From contig JBITNC010000001.1 in the NCBI GenBank assembly GCA_050084985.1, forward strand, positions 144,212,001 through 144,276,000: a stretch of 64,000 bases of DNA, read 5' to 3'. Position numbers and translations under genes: made by a program. Below the pieces are notes generated by a model. It saw only the letters and a program-made list of their open reading frames with translations, was not told the origin of the DNA and made no database searches. Origin of the DNA: Nageia nagi. Lineage: Eukaryota; Plantae; Pinophyta. Positions within the stretch are counted from its first letter, which is position 1. The number at the start of each line of letters is the position of its first letter. This document shows, in pieces, positions 33,621-45,426 of the stretch.

Positions 33621-34329
33621 GTAAGTCAGTTAAAGATATGATTTTTTTTAATTGTGAATTATAGCAATTTTGCTATTTTTAGAATTTCAAAATTATTTTT
33701 AAAATTTAAAAATAGCCAAATATTTATTATTAGGAATTTTTATTTAGAATCAATTGGCCAAAAATAGATAATTGTTTTAAAAATAAGAACCCCAAATAAC
33801 CAATGCCAAGAATATCAAAAATATAGAAATAGCTAAAAACCTATAATAAAAATAATCCTTATCATTAAATAGCCAAAATATTATAATCACAATTTTATTA
33901 TGCTCTAGGAATAGCCCAAAATTTATAAATAGTTAGATACATATAAAATAATATTATAATACCATAGAAGTCAACGTAGGATTTCCCTCCAAATTGAAGG
34001 CTAAAAGTTACTTTAGAATGCTAAAACATCTCATTGGCAGTAAAATGTTAAAAATTCACTTTGCTTAGGCCTTGACACTTGAAACCTCAAAACCCTAACT
34101 GAGACCATTATTTTTGATATTTTTAGTTACAGGCCCACTTAAATATTTATTGCAAGCCCACCTGAAGGTTTATTGCAGGCCCACTTGAAGGTAACGCATG
34201 TTTTTTTCATTATAATGTACGTTTTTCATTATTTTTTCAGCAATTTCTATAGCTTTTTCATTATTTTTTGTCACAATATCAAGTGCTACAAAAAATTCAC
34301 ATTTTTTATTTTATTTTTATCCACTGTTG

Positions 34330-34790
34330 TGTTTATGAATGATTGACAAATATGTATGGAAATTATAGGGGCATGGAGATGCAATGGAATATGTTTGATA
34401 AGATGATACGAATGTAGTTTCATGGATTGCAATGTCTATAGGATATATATAGAATGGGTTTTTCTACATAAGCTCTAAAGACTATTGATTAGACATAATT
34501 ATCATATGTAAAGTACAAACTTTGTAACCTTTACATGATATTAAGGAAGGCATATGAATTAATTATTAAAATGCAGAATGCAAGCACAACTTTATGGATA
34601 GTAATGTTTATACAATATGCATAAAATAGTTTGATTCTAATGATTCTTAAGCATATGTAATGATTAGGTGTAAAGCCAACTCTACAACCTTTAAATAGTG
34701 TATACAATGCATAGAGAAGGTATACAAAATATTTGACAACATCTAATATGCAAATGCATAGGATATGCACAACATGGGTTCTCTAAAATG
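34330..34790 (+). pseudogene. Decayed PLS-class PPR gene fragment
   Basis: Frame-broken motifs MFDKM..NVVSWIAM..GYI*NG..KALKT and M*..GVKP.STTF..V.NA. Confidence 0.65.
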
Positions 34791-36199
34791 GCTCTAAAAG
34801 TTTTTAAGAAGATGCAATACCTAGATGTAAAATAAAACTATATAGTCCTTTCCTACACTCTAATTTCTTCCATAGTATAGCACTATAACAGATCTAAAAA
34901 AACAAAAATTATATATTGAGAAATTACTCAATTTTTTTATTTATAAAATTTCCCATATTTTGTACTTTTAAATGTGAGGAGGTGAACATGGAAATTAATG
35001 GAAGAATCTTAGAGTTAAATTTAATCTACAACATATTTTTTCATTAATATAACATAATTTTATTTTGCCCAATTTTGTCTTAAACTAACTAATGGTATAT
35101 TTGATTTTGTTTTGAAAAGAATTAATGAAAGGTGATTTGATAAATAAAGAAAAAGAAGCAATACTAAAAAATATTTATAAACAATGTGATTTTTAAGGTC
35201 ATAATCAATATATAATATTTATTGTTTTCTTATTAATGATTCAAATAATGAAAACTCTATATTATTACCTTGTTCATATCTATTTTTCTTAATTTGTTTT
35301 TGAATAAATCACACAAGTTAAACATGATTTGTTTGATGAGTTAACTATAGAAATATTGGAAGAAATTGATATAACTCTAGAAAATTTGGAACAAGATAAT
35401 ACAAGAGAGAAAGGTTAGCTTGCCTATTGCTTTAAGCCAATAAGGAAACTTTAAGTGATAGTATTGAAATTTGAGAATAATGTTATTGATATAAAATTGT
35501 TTCACATGTTTCATGGGTAGTTTATAGTAAGAATGATCCGATGGTTAGTTCATAAGATGATATAACTCTAAAACTTTTGCAACAAGTTGATATAAGAAAG
35601 CAAGGTTAGTTTCCTAATTTCTTGAAGTTAAAATGGATGAATTATAACTTGAAATAAAGTATTACAAATTGATAATAATATTATTAATAAAAATTATTTC
35701 ATAGGTCTGATGGTTAGTTCACTCGTTCTTTCAAAAGTTCAGGACAATAAGAAAAAAAGGAAAACTTTGGATTCCTATTTCAATAAGCTGTAAATTTTTG
35801 AATCATAAAAGAGAAAAGATTTAATCATAAGTACTTTACAATAAATCCAAATTATTAGAAGCATGCTAAAATCTAGATCAATATCCCTTGGTTGTTGCAA
35901 GCTTGGTTATTTTTTCTTTTTTCTCTCCTTGCCATTAATTTGATTTTAGAAACTATTTCTTTCAAACTATAGAGCTATGTTTGTAACTAGAAACATTAAT
36001 GAGGTTGATATTGTTGATATCCGTTAAGAATTTATACATGTAGATTAAAATAATTCCTTAAATGAGAGAGTTTCGACCCAATTAGGTTCTGACAATGAAT
36101 AGACAAATCCAAAGGTCATAATAAATAGTAATGACTCATATCAAAATGAGAATTCCTCTCAACACAATGAGAATTCCTCTCAATACTCAATCCAATATA

Positions 36200-38350
36200 C
36201 ACCAAGCAATGAAACTCCTTAGAAATAAGATGCTAAGGATAAAGATAAGTGGGTAAAATGGAGTTCTTTTAACTTTAGGGGTGTAGTAGAATTTCCTTTC
36301 ATTGAGCCTATAATTCCACAAGATGGGAGTGAACCTACATAATGTAAATGCACCATGTGTTGTTAGAATTTAAGTAGGGTTAATACCACCCAATTTAAGT
36401 GTGATAATATTCAAAAGCATTATGAAAAAAGTATGGAACTATGAAAGGACTAGATGGTAAAGTAATAAAAGAAATAAATGGTAAAATACTTAGAGAATGT
36501 TGGTATAAATTTGAAGATAAATGCAATCATGGTAAATATGCTTTAGAATATGCTAAAGTCCAAAAAGAGCAAGAAAACATCTAGAGGAAAGGAGCACACA
36601 TGTCAACCCATTTTGACAAAATGATTGACTCTAACTTGTTAGCTAAGTAGATATAATTTTGCATATTCTTAAAAAGGGTAGGCCTATTTTAGACTTTGTA
36701 TATTATAAGGTGTTATATCAATATGTTGGGTTAATAAACATACCTTAGTCCTATTGGTTAGACATGAGTGCATGTGAAATAGTATATTGCTTGGCAATGA
36801 TAAAACTATAAGATTTGAAAAAATATGTATCCAATGCACAATTCATTTCATTATCTATTGATGAGGTTACAACTATTTACAACACATCATGGGTGTGTAC
36901 TCACTTGTACACTTTTGAGAAATAGAGAAGAATATCCCATCTTTTATCTATTGATAAAATGGATGAGAACTATAATCCAAAAAATATTTATAATTTGGTT
37001 TTATCTTGTCTAAAAGAGATTGTTGGTATTGATGATTTGTCAATAGGAAGGAAGCTAGTTTGTGTAGGTTGTGATGGATCCTCATTTATGCATGTTATGA
37101 GGAATGATCTTTGTATCAAAATTAAATTAAGAAGCATCCCTTATGTGATTCCAATTCATTGCATGGCATATAGAATTAATCTTGCCTATAAAATTGTTAA
37201 CGAATATGACAATATAAAAAATGTTAAAAATTTAATACGTGAGTCCCATGCCTTCATGTATAATAGCCCAAAAAGATTAAGGGGATTTCAAGCTTTTGTT
37301 GTAGGTATTACAAAATGGAAAAGGATACTCAAATATGTAGAAACAAGATGGATATTTGTATTTGAACTAGCAAGAAGGGTGTTGAGTGAGTATAAATCCC
37401 TAACAGATTATGTGTATGTAATAGGAGAACTATTGACAAGGTCAAGGACCTTTTGGATCTATTAATAGATTTGGATACATTTTTAACTTTATCATGTATA
37501 ATTCTCATGTTACAACTATTAAATATCTTGATGAAGCATGATAAAAAAAGAGATATATACATAAGTGACTTCATCCATTTGAAAATTCAACTTTTCGAAC
37601 AATTGAATATGCTATACATTTTAGAATCAAGTTATGATAAATATTTTCAATATTGGAGAATGCTAATTGATATCAAACATCCAAGTTTGATATTAATTAT
37701 TACTTTTGTTTAAATTTAAATGGGAGAATGATTCCAATGCATGTTTATCATAAAGATGAATATATAGTTGACTTAGATTTTGAAGAAATAAAAGTTCAAG
37801 AATTAGTTTAGTTTGAAAGAAATGTTGTAGTTGTATGGTTCAATTTAGGGAATATTAGTGTGGAATTGGTAAATGAAATCAAGAAAATAATTGTTAGAGA
37901 TAAATTAATTTAAGCAAGGAGTGTTGTCAACCCAAATATTTGGAATCATTCAAATGGATTACAACTTATCGATAGTACTTTTACAAAATTTATGGATGTT
38001 CTAATTACCCATTTTTGTAAACCTCATGAAGTAAATGGTATTTTATTTCATGGTATTTTCAATAAATATTTATTAAATAAATAGTAATACAATTTTACAC
38101 TCATCATGATCCCATAGTATAAGAAATTACCTTGATCCACATGTTGTAGGTGTCATTCACTAACTATGGGACAAACTTTATGTCAATCCCATGATATTGA
38201 AAGAAGATATTAGTGAATATTATCATTTGTATGAATTGTGTCAAACAATGATATTGGGTTTAATAGATGATGAAACAAATTAGAAAAGCACTTGGACTAT
38301 TTCATGAGGTTGTACATGTCACACTACTCTACTGTTGATTTTCCCATAGA
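36200..38350 (+). pseudogene. ZNF862-like hAT transposase relic
   Basis: FISLSIDEVTTI..TSW, KLVCVGCDGS, IHCMAYRINLA (CxxH motif decayed), SPKR, VETRW, and dimerization-domain relic LCQTMILG.IDDE. Confidence 0.85.
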
Positions 38351-38899
38351 TAGGGTATTAGAAGCTTAGACTTCTATGACATAAAGGAGATGTTTGAGTA
38401 CTAAAATAGATACAATAGTTGATCTTATTGATGAATTTGAAAAATGAATAAATAATAGCAATGTGAATGAGGAGCAAAACCTTGAAGGGTTATTGAAATT
38501 ATCTATACTTTTTAAGTTATCATAGATAATGGGAAATGCTTGAGGGGTTATTTTAACACTTTGATATTGTTATGTATTAACATTAAACTATTTTTTGTAG
38601 TACTATATGATATTGAATTATGAACTACTTGTACTCAATTAATGGCTTTCATCTATTTGTCAATTTGATCATTTATTTAAGCTATTTTTAGTTATATTTT
38701 ATTTCAAAATTTTATTTCATCTTTTATATATTTGTTAATTTAAGGTTTTATTTCAACTATTTTCAGTTATATGTAATTTTAAAATTTTCTTTCAACTATT
38801 AGAGATTGAAATATTTATCAATATTTATTAATTTAAGAATTTATTTTAACTATTTTTCAGTGATATGGTTTTAGTTTCAAAGTAATGAGATATAGTCTC

Positions 38900-41800
38900 C
38901 ATAGAGTTATCAAGTGTTGAAATCATCTGCCATGGTAAATTTGCATCATTTTCATGATTACCCATCTCCACCATTGAAAATTTTGAAGTTTCGACATCAT
39001 TATTGGACACTTGCAAAGCCTTTTGATTAAGGAGTGCATTCCTTTATAGTTTTTTACCCTATTCAGTTGCATAATCTTCTTGCTCAATAACTACATTATT
39101 TGAATCTATATTCATTTAAGACTCTAATTTTACCTCTACCTTAGCTTTCTCAAGATGTACCTCTCTAGCATTAGAGACCAAAATAGTCTCTTCCCATATG
39201 TCCTCTTTCTCCTCATATATATTCTCCAAAGTTAAACAGTACATATGAATAGCCTTTTGGTGAGAGTAAAAAAAATGTTGCTTTCCAAATAGCTTATCCT
39301 TTTGCATATACTCTATCACAAATTAATTAATGCAACCTACAATGGGTAATACACTCAAGGAGGTGTAAGTTGGTATGACCCTTACCCCTACCCAACCACT
39401 AGAAAACTATCCAATTCTTGATTGGGAGGCATAATGTATATGCTTTTGGAAAGAGTTCCATAAGCAATTAGGAAGTTTCCTCAATTGAAACATCAAAGGA
39501 AGTATTTGATGATCCACATTATTTTGTTGAACCAATTAGAATCTTGTGGGTACCCTAAGCTACAACCTATGCACTTGATAATAATGCTTTAGAATTGTAC
39601 AATTTAAGGTGATTCTAGTGCATCACATTTGGGAGTAACTCATTATTTTATAGTTTTAGATATCCTTTGGTGACTTTGTAACTAATATTCAACTTAAAAA
39701 CCATTAAAATTCTAATTTTGGTAGCAAAACTAAGTTATCAGATGCTTCAAAAACATGTAAAGATCATGCTCTAGAATTAAGTAACATAAGTGCTCTAGAA
39801 TAATATCATGTCACCACTCTAAAAATATAAATTTACACATGATCACTTTCTAGCTCTTTTGGAAAGAAATGAATGGGTGATGGGCTTGAGTTCATTGTAT
39901 TGATACTGACATGTGAATACCACATATTCTAAAATGTCATATCAAAAAATTAGATGCAACATCCAAGAGATCTTACATAATGACAATTTCCTTGCCAAGA
40001 ATGAGGAGATGAAGTTGATGTGGGCAACATGCACAAAAATTATCCATCGGGTGCAACTATCACATCAACTATCATATAATAATGGTATGTATTTTATTCT
40101 AACTTAGGATTAATGGTTTTAAATTTGTATTATGAAATGGTGTAGAGATCTAATGACTATACTACCATGGGTGGACACAAGTAGAGGAAAGAACCAATGA
40201 CTATGTATGAGTTAAAAAAAATAAAAGGATATGGTGGAAGTATTTGAAAAATGACACCTCATGAGCTTTTTTGAGAAGTTCCATAGCTCAAATGATGCTT
40301 TGGCTATGGAATTTGTAGAAAACTTTAAGGCTGATTCTATCAATCTTAAGGGACAAACAATTATAATCACTTAGGAAATAATTAGTGCAATATTAAGTCT
40401 TCTAATTATGGGAAATAGTATTACTAAGTGGTATCATTATGATGCCCTCATCCAAAAATATCATGGACTAAGAGAACCTCATGCAAAATTATACTTTAGT
40501 GGTGCACATACTCAAGGCATTAAGCATGACACTTTATTGAAGAAATGGGCCAAAGTTGCATACTAGGTAATAAAGTACTTGAATTGTGATGGATAATATG
40601 GTACACTCATGGAACATCATCTAATGTTGTTAATATTTCTAAGGTATAGGCATCTAGACCAGTTTAGTATTCCTTAATTCCTTTATCACAACTTGCAAAA
40701 TATGGCATGAAAAACCTAACCAAAGAAAATGAAGAAATATGATGCTCTTAAACATCATGGTTTAATAATGTTATTATGTTGAGAGTACTTTATGAAACTA
40801 CTTGATGGATAGAGGCAATGGGAGACCTTTTTAGGGTAAAAAACCATTTTTAAAGTAGGGGAATCCTCATGTAGCATCTCACATACTAATGCACCTCCTG
40901 TTGATGATGCTCTAAAAAATCCTAGTTGATAATACTAGAGATTATAGTATAGAAATTACCCTCAATTCTAAGTATACTTTAGAATTTGTTACAAAACCCT
41001 ATAGCCTAGTAAGAATGTGTTGCCAAGTATTCTACCAATCGTACCTTAATTAGATATTAATAAGCTCATATAGAACCTTATAAAAGAAGCAAAAAAATCT
41101 CCATTTCATATTCACGAGTTGCCACAAAAATCATAAACTCCTCAGCCAAGTCATAAGGCATCATCTAATACATAATTTTAGAGTCATGAAAAGAGGAATA
41201 TGGATACTATAATTGAATCTTTCAACATGAAACATACTATCTCTACAATAGTTCTATTTTTCCTCTTAGTAACACTAATTTGTTATGGTGTATAAGCAAT
41301 TATGTACTGCCTCTTTATCCCATGCTTACTATAATAATCTTTAAATTCATTGGATGTAAACTCTCCCCCTCTATCAATCCTAAACTTCTTTATGAAGTAA
41401 TTAAATTGCTTCTCAACATAAGATTTGAACTTAACAAAGCAATCAAAAGAATTTGAATTATTTTGTAATAAATCACACCAATTCATCCTAGAGTGGTTAT
41501 CAATGAAGAAGAACATGTATCTACACTTACCTCCAAGAGTGGAAGTTTGCATAGGTCCACAAAAATCAGCATGGATTAGATTAAATAGATTCTTTGCACT
41601 ATAATTATGATTTATAAAGGATTATATGTGTTATTTACCAATAATGTAACTCTCGCATAACTTATTTGAAGGATGATAAAAGATAGGCAAACCTTTCACT
41701 AGCTTGTGCAAACCATTCAAGGATTTAAAATTCATATGCTCAAACCGTTTATGCCATAACCAAGCAAGGTCTTTAATGACTTTCAAGAAATTTGCATCTA

Positions 41801-43190
41801 GTTACATCATTAACATGTACATTCTATTCTCAAACATGAGAATAGTATCAATCACCTTATGATTTGTGTCATCAATTATCTTGCAATTTCATTTTTCAAA
41901 GACAACCTTGTAGTTTTTATGGAAAAGTTGTCCAATATTGAGAAGATTTTGCTTAAGGCCAAGAGCATAATAGGTTTCATGTATATGCATGATATAACTA
42001 ATTTTTTCTCTAAAAGCAATAGTTCCTTTTCCAACAATCTCTACTTTATTATTATCACCAAATTTAATTAACATGACCACCAATCTTTTTCTCAAGTTTA
42101 ATAAATAGGTTTCTATTACTAGACATTTTATTTGAAAAACCACTATCTAGGTACTAAATATAGTCATCTACAACTTTAAAGTTGTTATGATTGAGCAAAA
42201 ATACATTAGTATTATGTGCTGCATTTTTTGCTTTCATTTTCTACTTTTGCAATGTAGTGGGATGACTGCTTCATTTTCTTTATCTTCTAGCAATATTGCT
42301 CTATGTAGCCATCTTTTCCATAAAAATCATAATCTCATATAATAGAGTTTTGAGATCTACCACCAATAGAATTTCCTATCCCATGACCTCTACTATGAGC
42401 TCTTACATGCCCAAATCTACCATGGCCTCTAGAGGAATATGCAAAACTAGATGGGGTTGTATCTCTTCTTGAAGATGTCTGGTCAGTAAAATGAAGCTTC
42501 CCTTCAAATGTTTGGTCTATGGATTCAAATCTATCATAACTTTTGTATTCATAGTAGTTAAACTACTAATAAAATCAATAAGATTTAGCTGAGACAAATC
42601 CTTAGCCTCTTCAATAGCAGTAGTGATAGCATCAAATCTCCTTGGCAAAGAATTGAGCATCTTCTCCATAATTCTAGGGTTACCTAGTTCATCTCCATGA
42701 GAGTGAAGAGCATTTATCATAGCTTAAACTCTAGTAAAGAAACCATTAATTATATACTCCTTAGAAATTTGAAAATATACAAAATCCCTTCTCAACAGCT
42801 GCAACTTTGCTATTTGAATCCTATTTGAACTTTTGGAAGCTCCTTCAAGAGTATCCCAAGACACCTTATACATATTGCACTCTACAATTTTAGGAAATGT
42901 GGAAATATTTATTCCTAATTAGATAACAAATAAGGCCTTTGCATATTTTTTATGAGTGTATAATAGCTCCTTCCTCTCATCAACAATCAACACAACAAAG
43001 ATAACTACAACTTTTGTATATCCTTATGAAACTAGATTCCACAAGTTCTAATATATCAAGAAGATCATCATATGAATACTCTAGTATTCATAATGTTCTC
43101 CATAGAAAATGAGTATTTGCAATTGTAACAAATTCCTAGTTTTAGGATACATTTGTCCCAATGAATTAAATGTGCTCTAATGCCAAATGA
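38900..43190 (-). mobile_element. Truncated Ty1/copia element D (Z family): gag-protease-integrase 41245-43152, further relic ~38900-39350
   Basis: FIDNHSRM..RIDRGGEF..IAYTP integrase, FGDNNKVEIVGKG, MEKMLNSLPRRFD gag. Degenerate PBS (TGGCATTAGAGC) at ~43175-43186; LTR follows to the right. Confidence 0.82.
40150..40860 (+). pseudogene. Decayed retrotransposon accessory ORF of unknown function
   Basis: A protein-like frame persists across stops: FFEKFHSSNDALAMEFVENF..IT*EIISAILSL..VIKYLNCDG*Y..HHLMLL..HHGLIMLL. Confidence 0.5.
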
Positions 43191-43914
43191 GAAATTTGAT
43201 TCCAAGAACCAAATAGAATTAGAGTGAGTTCAATCAAACACAAATTGAGATCAAATAAGAAAAAGATAATGAGCATAATACAATGGAGACACAAAACTGA
43301 ATACTATATTAACTTTTAGAAATAAAAAAATTACATTGCAAAATGAAAAACATAGTTGTATACAACAATAATTACAATATCGTAAAAAATGTAGCTACAA
43401 AGAACAATAGCATACAAAATGTAGCAATAGAGAGCAAATGCAAAAATTACATCCATGATATAAAAAATGTAGCTACAATAAATAGGAGTATAAAAAATGC
43501 AGCAGTAGAGTAGAGCTACATAAAATACTATCTGATTACATATTTTTTTCTATTACCTACTAAAATAGAAGTTTGATTAATCACCTAATGTTCAGCTAAC
43601 ATTCTAAGAAAAAATAATTATTATGATCTACAATTGCTAGAGTTGAGTGCAAGCTAACTGTAGTTGTTAGGATTGAGTGCAAAAATCAATAGAAAAATCT
43701 TTCTAAAACAAGTAACCCATACTTCTTGTTAAATACTAACTATTTTCATTAACTTTTATAAATGCAAACACAAAGGATAAAATAGGTCGCATATTAAACA
43801 AGTCAAACCATAAAATTTAGTATAGATTGTCACTTCAAAATTTGAATAGTGTTTGCACAAGAACATAACATAGTAGACTGTACTTGTGCTTACATAGGAA
43901 AACATGGCACAAAA

Positions 43915-44115
43915 AAATGTAGCATATCATAATTGTGCTATCATAAGAAAACACAACACATTAAAATTGTGTTGACAGAAGAAAACACAACACTCAAAAT
44001 TATGCTACTATGTTATTATAAGAAAATGTAACACATCAAAATTATGTTATCATAATAAAATGAAAAAACATCAAAATTGTATTATCATAAGAAAATGTAG
44101 CACATCATAAGAAAA
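43915..44115. repeat. ~33-bp degenerate minisatellite (~6 units, CACATCAAAATTGTG.TATCATAAGAAAA)
   Basis: Directly visible adjacent units. Confidence 0.75.
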
Positions 44116-45321
44116 TATAACAAACTATAATAGTGGAAGAAAATGAAGTAGATTGTAAAACGAAAAAAACTAATAATAGTGGCTATCTTTTAGTGTGATC
44201 TTGGCTTTTTGATGCAAAGGAGAAATGCCCTCTTCAGGATAAAAATTTATTATAATACTATCCATTCCTCCTTCTTTTTGGAATTTCCTTCGCTGCTAAG
44301 TGCTAAGGATATTCCTCTCTCCTCTAAAAGTAATAGCATAAGTGATTGATAAATCATTTCCATTCTTGTTTAGAGCTATCTTAGCCTCAATTTGTTTTTC
44401 TTATCCTTTGGTTTGCTTCTTAGTTGCCTTCTTGCTAGTAAGGGGTTGCAAAGCTAAAGGTAGTTGAGTTATTCTCATTATTTGTTATTTTGGAGAAGCA
44501 AGTGTTGGAATGTACAATGTATTATTGTAAGGTTATGTAATAATCTTCTATGTAAGTTCACTAATACTTAAGGGTATCATTTGATACCTTAAATATTTAA
44601 GTGAATATGATAATGTAACTTGTCCTACACTCCATATCATAAGCATGCCCTTTGGGTAAAAGGATATGCATGTCATGCTTTTGTACATTAAAAGGGTGAT
44701 CCAAAGAGGGATTTTGACCTATAAATAAAAGGCTCCATCTTTGTGATAATACAATAATTTTGTGAAGTAAAGTTATGCTATAGGATAGTGTTTAGGAGAA
44801 AAGATTAGGAGGATTGTAAGAGTTCATATTGGTGAATGAAGTGAGATCTAGTTAGTGGATGTACTCCTAGTTGGAGGAACCACTTACATCTTGTGTTATG
44901 TTGTGAGATTGCTATATGAGTTATTTAGGTGTGTTTGTGAGCTTTCATGTGATCTTAGGATATTAGAGTTGTTCATGTTATAGTTCAATTCTCATATTTG
45001 GTATTAGAGCTTGGTGTGGAAGCTCTTCTGCATAGTGTGGAAGCTCCTTTTTTGTTTCCAACATCTTGGTGATCTTCATTCCTCACCCTACTCTACTTTG
45101 GTGAGGTAAAATATTTGAAGGTATAATTTATCCTTCTACCTTCAAATTTTTTTTCATATGGTATTAACATTATTATCATGATGATGTGAGTTTAATTTTC
45201 TAAAAAGAAACTTACTTCAAAATATCATAATATATTGTTGCCTTTTTTTTTTACTAACAATTTATTCATAGTTAGTAATCATCATTTGATGAATAATTTT
45301 AAGCAAGAATATATTATGTTT

Positions 45322-45426
<105 letters not shown>

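Larger units (their letters stand above)
33620..38880 (+). mobile_element. Decayed hAT-superfamily DNA transposon (ends approximate)
   Basis: Contains a transposase relic and AT-rich repetitive subterminal regions; TIR and TSD not resolved. Confidence 0.6.

Noticed and set aside
33610-38900. Precise hAT TIRs and 8-bp TSD
   Set aside because: No matching inverted termini found by eye; boundaries left approximate.
43915-44115. CRISPR-like array
   Set aside because: Units are adjacent and degenerate with no unique spacers; eukaryotic context and no cas genes.
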